From the NCBI GenBank assembly GCA_000934665.2, contig JYFJ02002638.1, positions 1 to 53,421 of the forward strand: a stretch of DNA of 53,421 nucleotides, read 5' to 3'. The notes under the pieces were generated by a model that had not been told where the DNA came from, ran no database searches, and worked only from the letters and a program-made list of their open reading frames with translations. Positions 1 to 10,760 of the stretch are shown in pieces; position 1 is the first letter of the stretch; each line of letters starts with the position of its first letter. Source of the stretch: Catajapyx aquilonaris. Taxonomy: Eukaryota. The translations under genes were made by a program, and so were the position numbers.

Positions 1-2
1 TG

Positions 3-875
3 AAACATCCTACCTGCCTGGTGTTCGAAAATCTCTCGCTGCAAGGATACAAGCTTGGAGACAAGAGAGGAGGCCTGGACTACGACCACTGTCGCCTGGT
101 AATGAAAGAGGTGGCCAAATTACACAGCTTGTCTTACGCACTCAAAACTCGAACCGGTAAGCCCATTAAAACCCTGTTTCCATATCTGGAAGATGTATTT
201 GAGAAGAGTAAGGAGACAAAGCACATGATTCAAACTATGATGGATAACTCGTACGACACGGCTATCAATGCAATGGAAATATTCGACCCAAGCTTGGCCA
301 CTAAAATGAAAAGCATTGCCGGAAAAGCCTTTGAAACCATTGACAAAATTACAAAAGACACCGAGGGCGTCGAGTTGATAAGTCATTCCGACCTGGCAAT
401 TCACAACATGCTTTTCAAGTACGAAAGGCAAGGCGATGTGGAGGTTCCTGTAGCTGCGAAGCTCCTGGACTTCCAGATCACCCGTGTAGCCAATCCATCA
501 GTGGACCTGAACCTGTTCATATACACGAGCGCCAAACCTGATGTCCGCCGCAATCACCTGCAAGACCTCCTGAAATTCTACCACGACACATTTGTCGGCA
601 CACTGAGCTCCATGGGCCTGGAATGTCCTGAATTCACATTTGAACGTCTTCAGAAGAAGTTCCACAAGGATGGTCTCTTCGGGTTGATCTATGGTTGCAC
701 GGCCCTTCCTGTTTTCATGGCTGAAGACGCTGTAGACAGAGAGGGAATGACGGATGTGGGAGAAGAGCTCGCCAAGAGATTTGGTGAAGCAGCCACCAAA
801 TTGCAAAACAACAAGGAGTATCAAAGTCGATTGACATTACTCGTGCAGGAGATACTCGACGTTGGACTCATTTGA
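3..875 (+). CDS. EcKL kinase copy 1 (5'-truncated by window edge)
   Basis: Frame open from position 3 (KHPTCLVFENL...). Motifs GLDYDHC, AKLHSLSY, HSDLAIHN, LLDFQ, PSVDL, LLKFYHD; paralogous to the downstream copies. Confidence 0.93.
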   Translation, partial: KHPTCLVFENLSLQGYKLGDKRGGLDYDHCRLVMKEVAKLHSLSYALKTRTGKPIKTLFPYLEDVFEKSKETKHMIQTMMDNSYDTAINAMEIFDPSLATKMKSIAGKAFETIDKITKDTEGVELISHSDLAIHNMLFKYERQGDVEVPVAAKLLDFQITRVANPSVDLNLFIYTSAKPDVRRNHLQDLLKFYHDTFVGTLSSMGLECPEFTFERLQKKFHKDGLFGLIYGCTALPVFMAEDAVDREGMTDVGEELAKRFGEAATKLQNNKEYQSRLTLLVQEILDVGLI

Positions 876-1403
876 CGACCTAATTCAAATATTCGGGATG
901 AATATGCAGGCCTATACATCAGTTAACAGCATGTGTTGTGTACAGCATGATGAGAATAATGAATGTCATGAAGTCACGTTATACGTTCACTTGATATGAA
1001 CAAACCTGCAATTGATTCAGTTTATAATACCACTTCACCCAACCCAGCACTTGCGTCCTTATAAGATACCTTTCCTCCGGCCTTTTTGTTTTATGAACTT
1101 TACTATTTAAATGTATCAAAAAATTTGCCAAAAATGTTGTTATAATTATACGCCTGTTTGTTATTATTAATATTTGATTTGGTTTCATTGACTGTCGCAT
1201 ATTCAACATTACGTTTTTAAGCACGTTTTACTACTAATTTGAGTATCCGACACGTAACTGACTACCCTGTCCTAGTTAAATGTTGAGATTTATTTAACGA
1301 AATCGTTGATAGTTTTTCCATAAATTATATACTACTTGAAATAGGAATATGTTGTAGAGTAGTCCAAAAAAATTGCTTGCTCGTCTAGGCAAATTCAAAC
1401 TTT

Positions 1404-1591
1404 TCAAATTCAAACGAGTGGGATTACAGAGCAAACTTTTGAATTTTTCAAGTGGGATCTGATCACTTACAGACAAATGGCGAAAGTGCATTGATATGAA
1501 GGAAGATTACATCGAGAAAATATTGACATTGGGTAAGTTATAACACATGTCCTTCATACCTAGGTTGAAAACTTTTTGACCTCCCCTTGTA
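1404..1591 (+). mobile_element. Degenerate mariner transposase 3' end plus right TIR
   Basis: Translates as ...SGI*SLTDKWRKCIDMKEDYIEK (TGG at 1478), resembling the mariner C-terminal motif RWxKCIxxxGDYxEK. Followed by AAACTTTTTGACCTCCCCTTG-TA (~1569-1591), a mariner-type TIR ending in TA. Contains an in-frame stop; no left end seen. Confidence 0.65.
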
Positions 1592-1609
1592 ACGTAATCT
1601 CAATAGATA

Positions 1610-1665
1610 GAGGGCCTCGGGCCCTATCACGGGGTACACTAAAAAAAAGAAAAAAAAGAAAGAAC
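1610..1665 (+). mobile_element. 5'-truncated retroposon (SINE/LINE 3' tail)
   Basis: Ends in CCTATCACGGGGTA plus an A-rich tail. Flanked by a 13-bp TSD with one mismatch: ATCTCAATAGATA (1597-1609) and ATCTCAACAGATA (1666-1678). The 3' motif matches the SINE tail near 5612-5626 (CTTATCACGGGGTA). Confidence 0.7.
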
Positions 1666-2079
1666 ATCTCAACAGATACGACGTATCACACCATGTGTTT
1701 CACCATTACGCAATGCCAGTGAATCTTTCAGGGCGGGAAATTCCTCTTTACGTTACGCCACAAGCAGTACAGTTGTCATTCACCCGGTGACAGACGACTA
1801 AAGTTGTACACATCAGGAGGTAGCCTACGTACAATGTTACAATTAGGAAAAATCAAAAGTAGATTAATAATGTTAGTATAGAGGTCAATTTATAAGTCAT
1901 TAATATTAGCTATAACTAACAAAGGTCCTGCTGTCCTTCTATTTGATAGTATTAGATAGTACCTAGATACAACCTTAGCCTTGCTGAGCCGACCGAAGAG
2001 AAGCACATCGCGTCGATGCCATCGATTATTCCTAGTCCGTGGTTGCACCAGCAGGTTGCACCCGGTTGCACCTTTGCAC

Positions 2080-2220
2080 ATCATGCTGGTGAAACTTGGA
2101 GCCATGGAATAAGTTTTATCCTTACAAAGCTTGACGCAAGCAATCCAGTAGTCCCTCACCCGGTCATTTGAGCTGACGTCTCAGCCAGTGCTAATCAACT
2201 GAACTGGTGAACTGGTAAGT
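2080..2220 (+). promoter_or_regulatory. Putative promoter/non-coding first exon of copy 2 (donor GTAAGT at 2215)
   Basis: GCAAGCAATCCAGTAGTC...ATTTGAGCTGACGTCTCAG...GTGCTAATCAAC block is homologous to the modules upstream of copies 3-6. Acceptor ttcttgtag at 3103 lies just before the ATG. Confidence 0.55.
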
Positions 2221-3113
2221 AACATTACAAAGCCATAAAGAAGTACAATAATACGTGTACATTAGGCGGTTTCGTCAACAAACGTTCGATTCCACGACAT
2301 AGCAAATAATCTTCTTCAGTTCCAACTTTTAGTTAATTTTGTTGCCAATCAGGTGACAACATTTACAGGACTCGTTTGACAGACAAAATGTTTTTATAAT
2401 AGGAAAATATCGTAGTTCTTCTGATTTTGCGGAAATTTCAACCTAACTTTGCCCTTATCATTTGAAGTGGTTCAAAATAAATCGTAATGAGTAAATTGAA
2501 ATTCTAAATATTGGGCGCCAATTTGTATTTATCACCCAACACATTTTGACTTGTCTTATGTTAAAATGTTAAAAGGGATCCTAACGATCCAGTAGGAGCT
2601 ATCGGATCGGTAATTTCGGTTGGTGCAATCGGACATTATAATCCTGTGTCGAAAGTGTGTCACTGTTGTGTGTACAAATAACCATTAAATGTCCTGAATA
2701 AAAGTATACATGCAACATTAAATTACAATGATATCCAATATTACATGAGCATAAATTATGGTAAGTTAACTCAAAATAATTACCTGAAATTTATTAGTGT
2801 GCACAGCAGGTGACCACAAATTCATGCAAGGTAATTTACCTTCACCGTTGCCACTTACGTAATAAGCGTCACCGAGAGTTCAATCAACATCATCTTACAT
2901 TAGGCTGGACTGCCGCAATATTTTCAACAAAACTGTCCGCCAAATCATGTGGATCTGCGGATCGCTTTTAATAGGTAGAAAAATATTTGATTTCATAATT
3001 ATATTTACAAGTAACACCTATAGTGTTCCTATTGTAATATTTCTGCTCTTCTGCGAGGAATGAAATATCTGATTGGTTCTTATTTTTTGTTATATTCTTG
3101 TAGAAGTCAGACA

Positions 3114-4388
3114 ATGGCGGACCAAAGCAATGGAGAGGCAACACCACAAACAAGAATAACCGAAGAGCTCCTGAAGGATTCCGTGAAGAAGGCCAGCGGA
3201 GCAGAAGAAGTGGACATAATTGCTTTCACCTCAAAGTCAGCCATACCTAAAGGGCATAACTTCACCAGTGCCATTCTTGCAGTCGACGTTGAAGCCAAGG
3301 TTGGAGGCAGCCAGATTAAGACATTCCACTTCATTATAAAGGAGGCTCCCTTTGACAACTCATGGCTCAAACTCCAGAAGGAGTCCGAGGTTTTTGTGAA
3401 GGAAATCAAGGTGTACACGGAGATGCTTCCTGCTTTGGTAGATGTGCAGCGTCAATACGGGGTGAAGGACCCTGTAATGGTGGAGGCCCCGGGATTTTAC
3501 TCCTCTCTGAAACATCCAACCTGCCTGGTGTTTGAAAATCTGTCGCATGAGGGGTACAGAATTGGAGACAAGAGAGAAGGCCTGGACTACAATCACTGTC
3601 GCCTGGTCATTAAAGAAGTCGCCAAATTACACAGCTTGTCTTACGCACTCAAAACTCGAGCCAGTAAGCCCCTGAGGACCTTTCCATATCTGGAAGATGT
3701 ATTTGAGGAGAGTAAGGAGACAAGGCACATGTATCAAGCTATAATGGAGAACTCGTACGACACGGCCATAAATGCAATGGAAATATTTGACCCAAGTTTG
3801 GCCACAAAAATGAAAAGTATAGCCGGAAAAGCCAATGAAACAATGGACAAAATTGTGAAAGACAACGAGGGCTTCGAGATGATTAGTCACTCCGATCTTT
3901 GGCTCCACAACATGATGTTCAAGTACCAAAAGCAAGGTGATGTGGAGATTCCAGTGGCGGTCAAACTCCTAGACTTCCAGGTCACTCGTGTTCTCAATCC
4001 TTCAGTGGATCTGAACCAGTTCATATACACAAGCGCCACTGTCGAAACCCGTCGCAATAATCACCTCCAAGACCTCCTGAAGTTTTACCACGACACATTC
4101 GTCGGCACCCTTGGCTCCATGGGCCTGGAATATCCCGAATTCACATTTGAATATCTCCAGAAGAAGTTCCACAAGGACAGCCTCTTCGGGTTGATCTATG
4201 GCTGCGTGACACTTCCCCTCTTCATGTCCGCCCCTGAAGACGCTGTAGGCAGAGAGGGAATGGCGGATGTGGGAGAAGAGTTCGCCAAGAGAATAAGTGA
4301 AGCAGCCACCAAATTGCAAAACAACAAGTTGTATCAAAGTCGATTGACATCACTCGTGGAGGAGATACACGAAATTGGACTTATTTGA
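3114..4388 (+). CDS. EcKL kinase copy 2
   Basis: Intronless ORF; ATG 3114 (MADQSNG) follows a splice acceptor. Motifs GHNF, FIIKE, HSDLWLHN, DFQ. Confidence 0.95.
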   Translation: MADQSNGEATPQTRITEELLKDSVKKASGAEEVDIIAFTSKSAIPKGHNFTSAILAVDVEAKVGGSQIKTFHFIIKEAPFDNSWLKLQKESEVFVKEIKVYTEMLPALVDVQRQYGVKDPVMVEAPGFYSSLKHPTCLVFENLSHEGYRIGDKREGLDYNHCRLVIKEVAKLHSLSYALKTRASKPLRTFPYLEDVFEESKETRHMYQAIMENSYDTAINAMEIFDPSLATKMKSIAGKANETMDKIVKDNEGFEMISHSDLWLHNMMFKYQKQGDVEIPVAVKLLDFQVTRVLNPSVDLNQFIYTSATVETRRNNHLQDLLKFYHDTFVGTLGSMGLEYPEFTFEYLQKKFHKDSLFGLIYGCVTLPLFMSAPEDAVGREGMADVGEEFAKRISEAATKLQNNKLYQSRLTSLVEEIHEIGLI

Positions 4389-4566
4389 CGACATGATACA
4401 AAATATCTGGTATTAATATGATGTAGACATCTGTTTCCAGCATGTTTAAGCACACTTTATTACTTATTTAATACATCAGTCACTTCACTATCCTAGTGAA
4501 AAGTTGAGTATACCTCTTGATGAGTACTGCCTTATACTATGGACTAATAACCACTTCACTGTCAGC

Positions 4567-4749
4567 AGCATGATGTAATCTCATCAGCTGTGACTCGCCA
4601 CGACAGACGCTGAACCGTCACGTAACACTCATGTTAAACCTTGAAATTCTCTTCCTGTTATATATCTGACGCCGCAAGCTTTCGAGTCGTCATCTATCCG
4701 GTGACTTGAACTGACGGTCCGAAGGTATAGTGCTCATCAACAGGTAAGT
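4567..4749 (+). promoter_or_regulatory. Putative promoter/first-exon module of copy 3 (donor at 4744)
   Basis: AGCATGATGTAATCTCATCAGCTG...AAACCTTGA...GCAAGC...TTGAACTGA...GTGCTCATCAACAG|GTAAGT; recurs upstream of copies 4, 5 and 6. Confidence 0.6.
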
Positions 4750-5108
4750 AGCATACAGCATAATGCTACAGGAGACTACTATATCATTTAAAAAAATATA
4801 TTGACCCATGTGTTTGACTCTAAGTAACTCCCAGGAAAATGGTCCAAAAAATAACCTTATGCATCTTTAGAAAGCTTGTTTAAATATATGTAACATATAT
4901 GCGAGTGGTTTTCCTATATATTAATTGTGTAATTTTTTGTCGCAAGAAGAACACGGAAAGGTGTCATATTTTGACTACTGTAGTTGACGACGTTAAGCCG
5001 CAAAATGATCTTTTATGACACTGACTTAGAAATCGCCATTTGTGTAATCATAATTAAGTTAATTATTGCACACCTCAGTTATCGCGGTCATTTATAATCC
5101 GAATTACT

Positions 5109-5647
5109 CAGTAGGTAGGCATGACCGAAGCAGGTTGGCATAGTGGATAAGGCGTCCGACTGCTAATCGGGAGGTCCTGGGTTCGAATCCCGGGGCCGGC
5201 AACCTTGACCGTGGTTTTCTGTGGTTTTCCACGGTCTTTCTAGGATAATTCCGGGGTCGCTTCCGTATAATAGGCCACAGCCGCTTCCTACCTTCCCTAT
5301 CCTTGGAGGTTGAATGGCAAATGCTGGGCCAACCTCCTTAAATATCAATTAAAGTGTAGTAGGTAGGCATGGTGGTCTAGTGGTTACGCCCCTGGCCAGC
5401 CAAGCGGGAGGCCGGGATTCAAATCCTGTCCCCGTCACCTCTGCTTGGCCGGGTCTTTTTCCGCTTTTCACCCGACATGCTGGGGCAGAATTGCACTCCA
5501 TACTCTGCCCAGGGCCAGGAGAAAAGGCCTGGTGTATTTCAGAGTCAGAAATGACTATAATTACAGTGCCCTCCCTTGGGAACCTCCCCCTTCCCCCCTA
5601 AAAGGGGTCCGCCTTATCACGGGGTATGTAAATAAGAAGAAGAAGAA

Positions 5648-5700
<53 letters not shown>
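5109..5700 (+). mobile_element. tRNA-Gly-like SINE (outer) with (AAG)n(AAT)n tail
   Basis: A-box TGGTCTAGTGG at 5373, B-box-like GATTCAAATCC at 5416. Head GCATGGTGGT...GCCAAGCGGGAGGCC resembles eukaryotic tRNA-Gly(GCC). 15-bp TSD ATAATCCGAATTACT at 5094-5108 and 5701-5715. Confidence 0.8.
5124..5357 (+). mobile_element. tRNA-derived SINE (inner) inserted in the 5' end of the outer SINE
   Basis: A-box TGGCATAGTGG at 5136, B-box GGTTCGAATCC at 5180, anticodon-like loop CTGCTAA, body GGTTTTCTGTGGTTTTCC...GGCCACAGCCGCTTCCT. 14-bp TSD AGTAGGTAGGCATG at 5110-5123 and 5358-5371. Confidence 0.82.

Positions 5701-5705
<5 letters not shown>
5633..5705 (+). repeat. (AAG)n(AAT)n microsatellite (SINE tail)
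   Basis: Read directly: aagaagaag...aataataat. Confidence 0.95.
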
Positions 5706-6670
5706 CCGAATTACTTCGCGAATATATCGACTGCAAGCCAGTAATGCGCGTGATAAAATTACAGCGTGTTCTATTACACTGCAAATTTTAAACGTATTTA
5801 AAAGTATCGGCGTCTATTCCAGCCAGATGGATGGCTGGGTACTTCTACTAAACTTACTAAAACAATGTACTTTTAAAATTTTTACTGTAATAGAGCACAG
5901 TATAATATTATCACTCACATTTATGGCTTGCCGTCGACACATTCGCGAAGTAATTCGAATTATTAACGGCAGAGATAACTGAGATGTGCAATTAACTTAA
6001 TTATGATTACACAAATGGGAAATTCTAAGTTTCAAATATATCATTAGATCTACGAAGATATGCACTATCCGAGGTTCTCAGGGGGAATTTTTTGGCCACC
6101 AAAAAGTGTCATAAAAATTCATTTTGCTGCGTAACGTCGACCACTTGTCAAAAAATGACACCTTTCCGTGTGCTTCCTGCCATAAAAATTACACAATGAA
6201 GATCGGTAAACAACACGCATATAATTATGTTACGTAGATTTAACCAAGCTTTGTAACGATATATAATGTTATTTTTCTGTACCATTTTCCTGGGAATTAT
6301 TTAGTCAAATACAGGCGTCAATATTTCAAAAAAATTGATCGTACGTAGATATGGTTCTAATCTAGGGCACATGACTGTCATGATTCACAATTTACAGAGG
6401 CACACCTTTTCCCATATGAAAATTTAGGAACTGACATTTTTGAAGGTGTACATATCGTAACTTGTTCCTATACCTATCGTAACAATACGATTGGACATTG
6501 GAATGAGATTCATATTTCTGCAAAGGTCCAGTCTCATGCTGCTGTATTGTGCGTAAAGAATAATTACATATGAATGCCCTTGTTAGTACGCGTATTTAAA
6601 TTTTTTTATGCGAGGAATGCAATGGTGTATACGTATACCTAATTTCCATATTTTTTGCATAGGTCAGACA

Positions 6671-7954
6671 ATGGCGAACCAAAGCAATAAGGATACAACA
6701 ACACCAACCAGAGTAACCGAAGATCTCCTGATTGATTCCGTGAAGAAGGCAACCGGGTCAGAAGACGTGGACATCATCGGCTTCACCTCCAAGTCAGCCA
6801 TACCAAAAGGCCACAACTTCACCAGCTCCATTCTTGCAGTCGACGTTGAAGCCAAGGTTGGAGGAAGCCAGGAGACCAAGACATTCAACTTCATTATAAA
6901 GGAGGCTCCTTTTGACAACGGATGGATCCAACTCATGAAGGAATGCGACATTTTTGTAAAGGAAATCAAGGTGTACACCGAGATGCTTCCTGCTTTGGTA
7001 GATGTGCAGCGTCAATACGGGGTGAAGGACCCTGTAGTGGTGGAGGCCCCAGGGTTTTACTCTTCTCTGAAACATCCTACCTGCCTGGTATTTGAAAATC
7101 TTGCTCTGCAGGGATACAGACTTGGAGACAAAAGAGGAGGATTGGACTACAACCACTGTCGCCTGGTCATTAAAGAAGTGGCCAAATTGCACAGCTTGTC
7201 TTACGCACTCAAAATTCGAACCGGAAAGTCCCTGAAAACTCTATTTCCCTATCTGAACGACATATTTGAGGATAGTATAGATTCAAAGAAAATGTTTAAA
7301 ACTATGATGGATAGCTCATACGACTCGGCCATCAATGCAATGGAAATCTTTGAACCAACCTTGGCAACTAAAATGAAAAGCATTGCCGGAAAAACTTTTG
7401 AGATCTCTGACAACATCATGAAAGACACCGAGGGATTCGATTTGATAAGTCACTCCGACCTCGGGAGCCACAACATGATGTTCAAGTACGAAAAGCAAGG
7501 TGACGTCGAGGTTCCAGTGGCGGTGAAGCTCCTGGACTTCCAGGTAGTTCGTGTAGTAAATCCATCAGTGGACCTGAACCTGTTCCTCTACCCCAACGCC
7601 AAACCTGATGTCCGTCGCAATCACCTGCAAGACCTCCTGAAATTCTACCACGACACATTTGTTGGCACACTGAGCTCCATGGGTCTGGAATGTTCCGAAT
7701 TCACTTTTGAACGTCTTCAGAAGAAGTTCCACAAGGACAGCCTCTACGGGTTATTCACTGGTTGCATTGTACTTCCCATCCTCATGGCCGCCCCTGAAGA
7801 CGCCTTGGATAGCGAGGGAATGAAGGAAGGCAATGTGGGAGAAGAATTCGCCGAGAGAATAAGTGGATCAGCCACCAAATTGCACAACAACAAGGTGTAC
7901 AGAAGTCGATTGACATCACTCGTCCAGGAGATACACGACGTTGGACTAATTTGA
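6671..7954 (+). CDS. EcKL kinase copy 3
   Basis: ATG 6671 after acceptor ttttgcatag; motifs GHNF, HSDLGSHN, DFQ. Confidence 0.95.
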   Translation: MANQSNKDTTTPTRVTEDLLIDSVKKATGSEDVDIIGFTSKSAIPKGHNFTSSILAVDVEAKVGGSQETKTFNFIIKEAPFDNGWIQLMKECDIFVKEIKVYTEMLPALVDVQRQYGVKDPVVVEAPGFYSSLKHPTCLVFENLALQGYRLGDKRGGLDYNHCRLVIKEVAKLHSLSYALKIRTGKSLKTLFPYLNDIFEDSIDSKKMFKTMMDSSYDSAINAMEIFEPTLATKMKSIAGKTFEISDNIMKDTEGFDLISHSDLGSHNMMFKYEKQGDVEVPVAVKLLDFQVVRVVNPSVDLNLFLYPNAKPDVRRNHLQDLLKFYHDTFVGTLSSMGLECSEFTFERLQKKFHKDSLYGLFTGCIVLPILMAAPEDALDSEGMKEGNVGEEFAERISGSATKLHNNKVYRSRLTSLVQEIHDVGLI

Positions 7955-7958
7955 GTAG

Positions 7959-8068
7959 CTGATGCAAATATATCCCTGATGCAAATATATCCCTGATGCA
8001 AATATATCCCTGATGCAAATATATCCCTGATGCAAATATATCCCTGATGCAAATATATCCCTGATGCA
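7959..8068 (+). repeat. 17-bp minisatellite (CTGATGCAAATATATCC), 6 perfect units plus 8 bp
   Basis: Read directly; begins just after the copy 3 stop codon. Confidence 0.97.
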
Positions 8069-8839
8069 TTGTAAACTTCTTTTTAGACATGTATTATTGT
8101 ACACGACATGGTGAGTATGAACGAAGTCATGATATAAATAGACTTGCACTATTAAATGTATAAGAATTTGAGAAACCATTTTTTAAAACTGCAATTTTTA
8201 TCATTTACTGGGGCTTCGTAAAGTTTATATGTTGTTTTGGCCACATTTTATTACTGGTGGGAGTGTCCCACATCACTGCTTTCCCCGTCCTGGTGAGAAG
8301 GTGAGATTTAATTAGCTAAAGTGTTGCTACTTGGTACTGGCAGTTGTAATTATGACACCAAAGCGAACGTTTAGTAAACATGTCCCTGGAAATAATACAG
8401 TACATATTTTCGCCCAAGACATAATTTAAATCGGTATCCATATGAAAATGACCATTATATTCTTATGAGTATGTATTGTTAGATTAAATAAATCCGTCGA
8501 ACTAAGAATGCCCTTTTTCTTACAAAATGCCTTTGGGCGAAGCATTACATACCGGTACGTAGTATTGCCATCATTGGATAAATAATATGCCATTAAGTAG
8601 CTTGATTAACACATACACAGCAAATAATTTTACTGAGAAGGCCTCATTATTTTGTTCTTTAAAGAAAATTGAACCCGTTAACATTACATTCACTATTAAT
8701 ATATTATGACAGTGAGTTCACAAAATCTATGCTAGTTGAAGTACGGTACAATCTAACGTAAACGGGGCCTTATTACAAATAATATTTTCGCTTTTTGCGG
8801 CCCATTCTATAGGAGGAAGAACATTTTCACCAAGCTAAA

Positions 8840-9017
8840 AGCATGACGTAATCTGATCAACTACGACGTGTTGCACCACATGTTGTTCCATCACGCAATA
8901 CTTGCGAAACCTTGACACTCTCGAGTTCCGTTTATCCTTCGCCGCGCAAGCAATCCAGTAGTCATTCGCCCTTTGATTTGAACTGAGGTCTCAGGAAGTG
9001 CTCTTCAAGAGGTATTT
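8840..9017 (+). promoter_or_regulatory. Putative promoter/first-exon module of copy 4 (donor at 9012)
   Basis: AGCATGACGTAATCTGATC...AAACCTTGA...GCAAGCAATCCAGT...TTGAACTGAGG...TCAAGAG|GTATTT. Confidence 0.55.
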
Positions 9018-9479
9018 ACAAATCATTATAATTGCAAATGTAGCGTAAAGGCTCCCAAACAAGTCCATGCCATGATACTCACTATTTACAAAGGCACACT
9101 TTTACCCACTTGAAAGGAGGAACTGACTTTTCCACATGTTGGAGGCTTTGAACCAAGACTATGTTTTCTTATCGCGGGATGAGAATTACAAGGATGTAAC
9201 TACATTGACTTTTCATTGCAGTTGCGACCTTGTATTTCTCATCCCGCGTTATACTGTATTAGTAGGCCTACTTGGTATAGAAAAGCTATTTAATTTTTCA
9301 ATGTTAAACACTCTATGTCATTCCATAAAATATTTACGCAGGAACAGCGTCACTGTTCCACTAAGTTATATTGTGCGAAATCACTAATTACATTTTATTG
9401 TCCTTATTTGAATTTCAATATTTTTACTGCGAGGAATGCCACGTAACTATTTTCAACATTTTCTAAAACAAGACAGATA

Positions 9480-10760
9480 ATGGCAGAGCCCAGCAATGGC
9501 GATGTAACTCCACCAACAAGAATAACTGAAGATCTCCTGAAGGATTCCGTGAAGAAGGCAACCGGGTCAGAAGACGTGGACATCCTGGGCTTCACCTCCA
9601 AGTCAGCCATACCAAAAGGGCACAACTTCACCAGTTCCATTCTCGCAGTCGACGTTGAAGCCAAGGTTGGAGGCAGCCAGATTAAGACATTCCACTTCAT
9701 TATCAAGGAGGCACCGTTTGAAAACGCATGGCTCCAACTCTTGAAGGAGGATGACATATTTGTGAAGGAAATCAAGGTGTACACCGAGATGTTTCCCGCT
9801 TTGGTAGATGTGCAGCGTGAATACGGGGTGAAGAACCCTGTAGTTGTGGAGGCCCCAGGGTTTTACTCCTCTCTGAAACATCCTACCTGCCTGGTGTTTG
9901 AGAATCTTGCTCTGCAGGGATACAGACTTGGAGACAAGAGAGGAGGCCTGGACTACAACCACTGCCGCCTTGTAATGAAAGAAGTGGCCAAATTCCACAG
10001 CTTGTCTTACGCCCTCCAAATTCGAACCGGCAAGCCCCCGAAAACTATGTTTCCATATCTGAACGATATTTTTACTGGCGGAATAAAGACAAGGAACATG
10101 TTTGAAGTGCTGGTGAATAACTCCTACGACGTGGCCATCAATGCAATGGAAATCTTTGACCCAACCTTGGCCGATAAATTAAAAATTATAGCCGGAAAAG
10201 CGTACGAAACCCTTCAAAATATCGTACAAGACATGGAAGGCGTCGAGTTGATAATCCACTTTGACGTCGTGCTGCAAAACATGCTTTTCAAGTACGAAAA
10301 GCAAGGTGACGTCGATGTTCCAGTGTCTGTCAAGCTCCTGGACTTCCAAGCAGTTCGTGTGGCCAATCCTTCAGTGGACCTGAACATGTTCCTGTACGCA
10401 AGCGCCACTGTCGAAACTCGTCGAAATCATTTACAAGACCTCCTGAAATTATACCACGACACATTCATCGGCACCCTACGCTCCATGGGCCTGGAATATC
10501 CCGAATTCACATTTGAACGTCTCCAGAAGAAGTTCCACAAGGACAGCCTCTTCGGGTTAGTGTTTGGCTGCCTGGATTTACCCATCCTCATGGCCGCCCC
10601 TGAAGACGCTATAGACGTAGAGGGAATGACAGAAGACAATGTGGGAGAAGAGTTCGCCGAGAGAATAAGTGGATCAGCCACGAAATTGCACAACGACAAG
10701 GTGTATCGGAGTCGATTGACATCACTCGTGCAGGAGATCCACGAGGTTGGACTTATTTGA
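9480..10760 (+). CDS. EcKL kinase copy 4
   Basis: 426-aa intronless ORF; HFDVVLQN, DFQ. Confidence 0.95.
   Translation: MAEPSNGDVTPPTRITEDLLKDSVKKATGSEDVDILGFTSKSAIPKGHNFTSSILAVDVEAKVGGSQIKTFHFIIKEAPFENAWLQLLKEDDIFVKEIKVYTEMFPALVDVQREYGVKNPVVVEAPGFYSSLKHPTCLVFENLALQGYRLGDKRGGLDYNHCRLVMKEVAKFHSLSYALQIRTGKPPKTMFPYLNDIFTGGIKTRNMFEVLVNNSYDVAINAMEIFDPTLADKLKIIAGKAYETLQNIVQDMEGVELIIHFDVVLQNMLFKYEKQGDVDVPVSVKLLDFQAVRVANPSVDLNMFLYASATVETRRNHLQDLLKLYHDTFIGTLRSMGLEYPEFTFERLQKKFHKDSLFGLVFGCLDLPILMAAPEDAIDVEGMTEDNVGEEFAERISGSATKLHNDKVYRSRLTSLVQEIHEVGLI

Larger units (their letters stand above)
4779..6345. mobile_element. Foldback/MITE-like long inverted-repeat element in the 5'UTR intron of copy 3
   Basis: Left arm (4779-5108, resuming 5701-~5800) is the degenerate reverse complement of ~5860-6345, e.g. 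CATTTGTGTAATCATAATTAAGTTAATT vs AATTAACTTAATTATGATTACACAAATG, and CACGGAAAGGTGTCAT vs ATGACACCTTTCCGTG. Flanked by TA. The paralogous empty site GGAGACTA..TGGTTCTAATCTAGGGCAC is at ~11609-11640. Confidence 0.8.

Noticed and set aside
5130..5201. Possible genuine tRNA-Ser(GCT) gene, and tRNA-Gly at ~5367-5435
   Set aside because: Acceptor stems are mismatched, there is no long Ser variable arm, no adjacent oligo-T terminator, and both heads continue into SINE bodies flanked by TSDs.
5445..5744. ORF with poly-K/poly-N tract
   Set aside because: It is a translation of the SINE's (AAG)n(AAT)n tail.
7959..8068. CRISPR-like array, and the repetitive minus-strand ORFs across it
   Set aside because: Units are contiguous with no spacers, the context is eukaryotic with no cas genes, and the ORFs are translations of the minisatellite.
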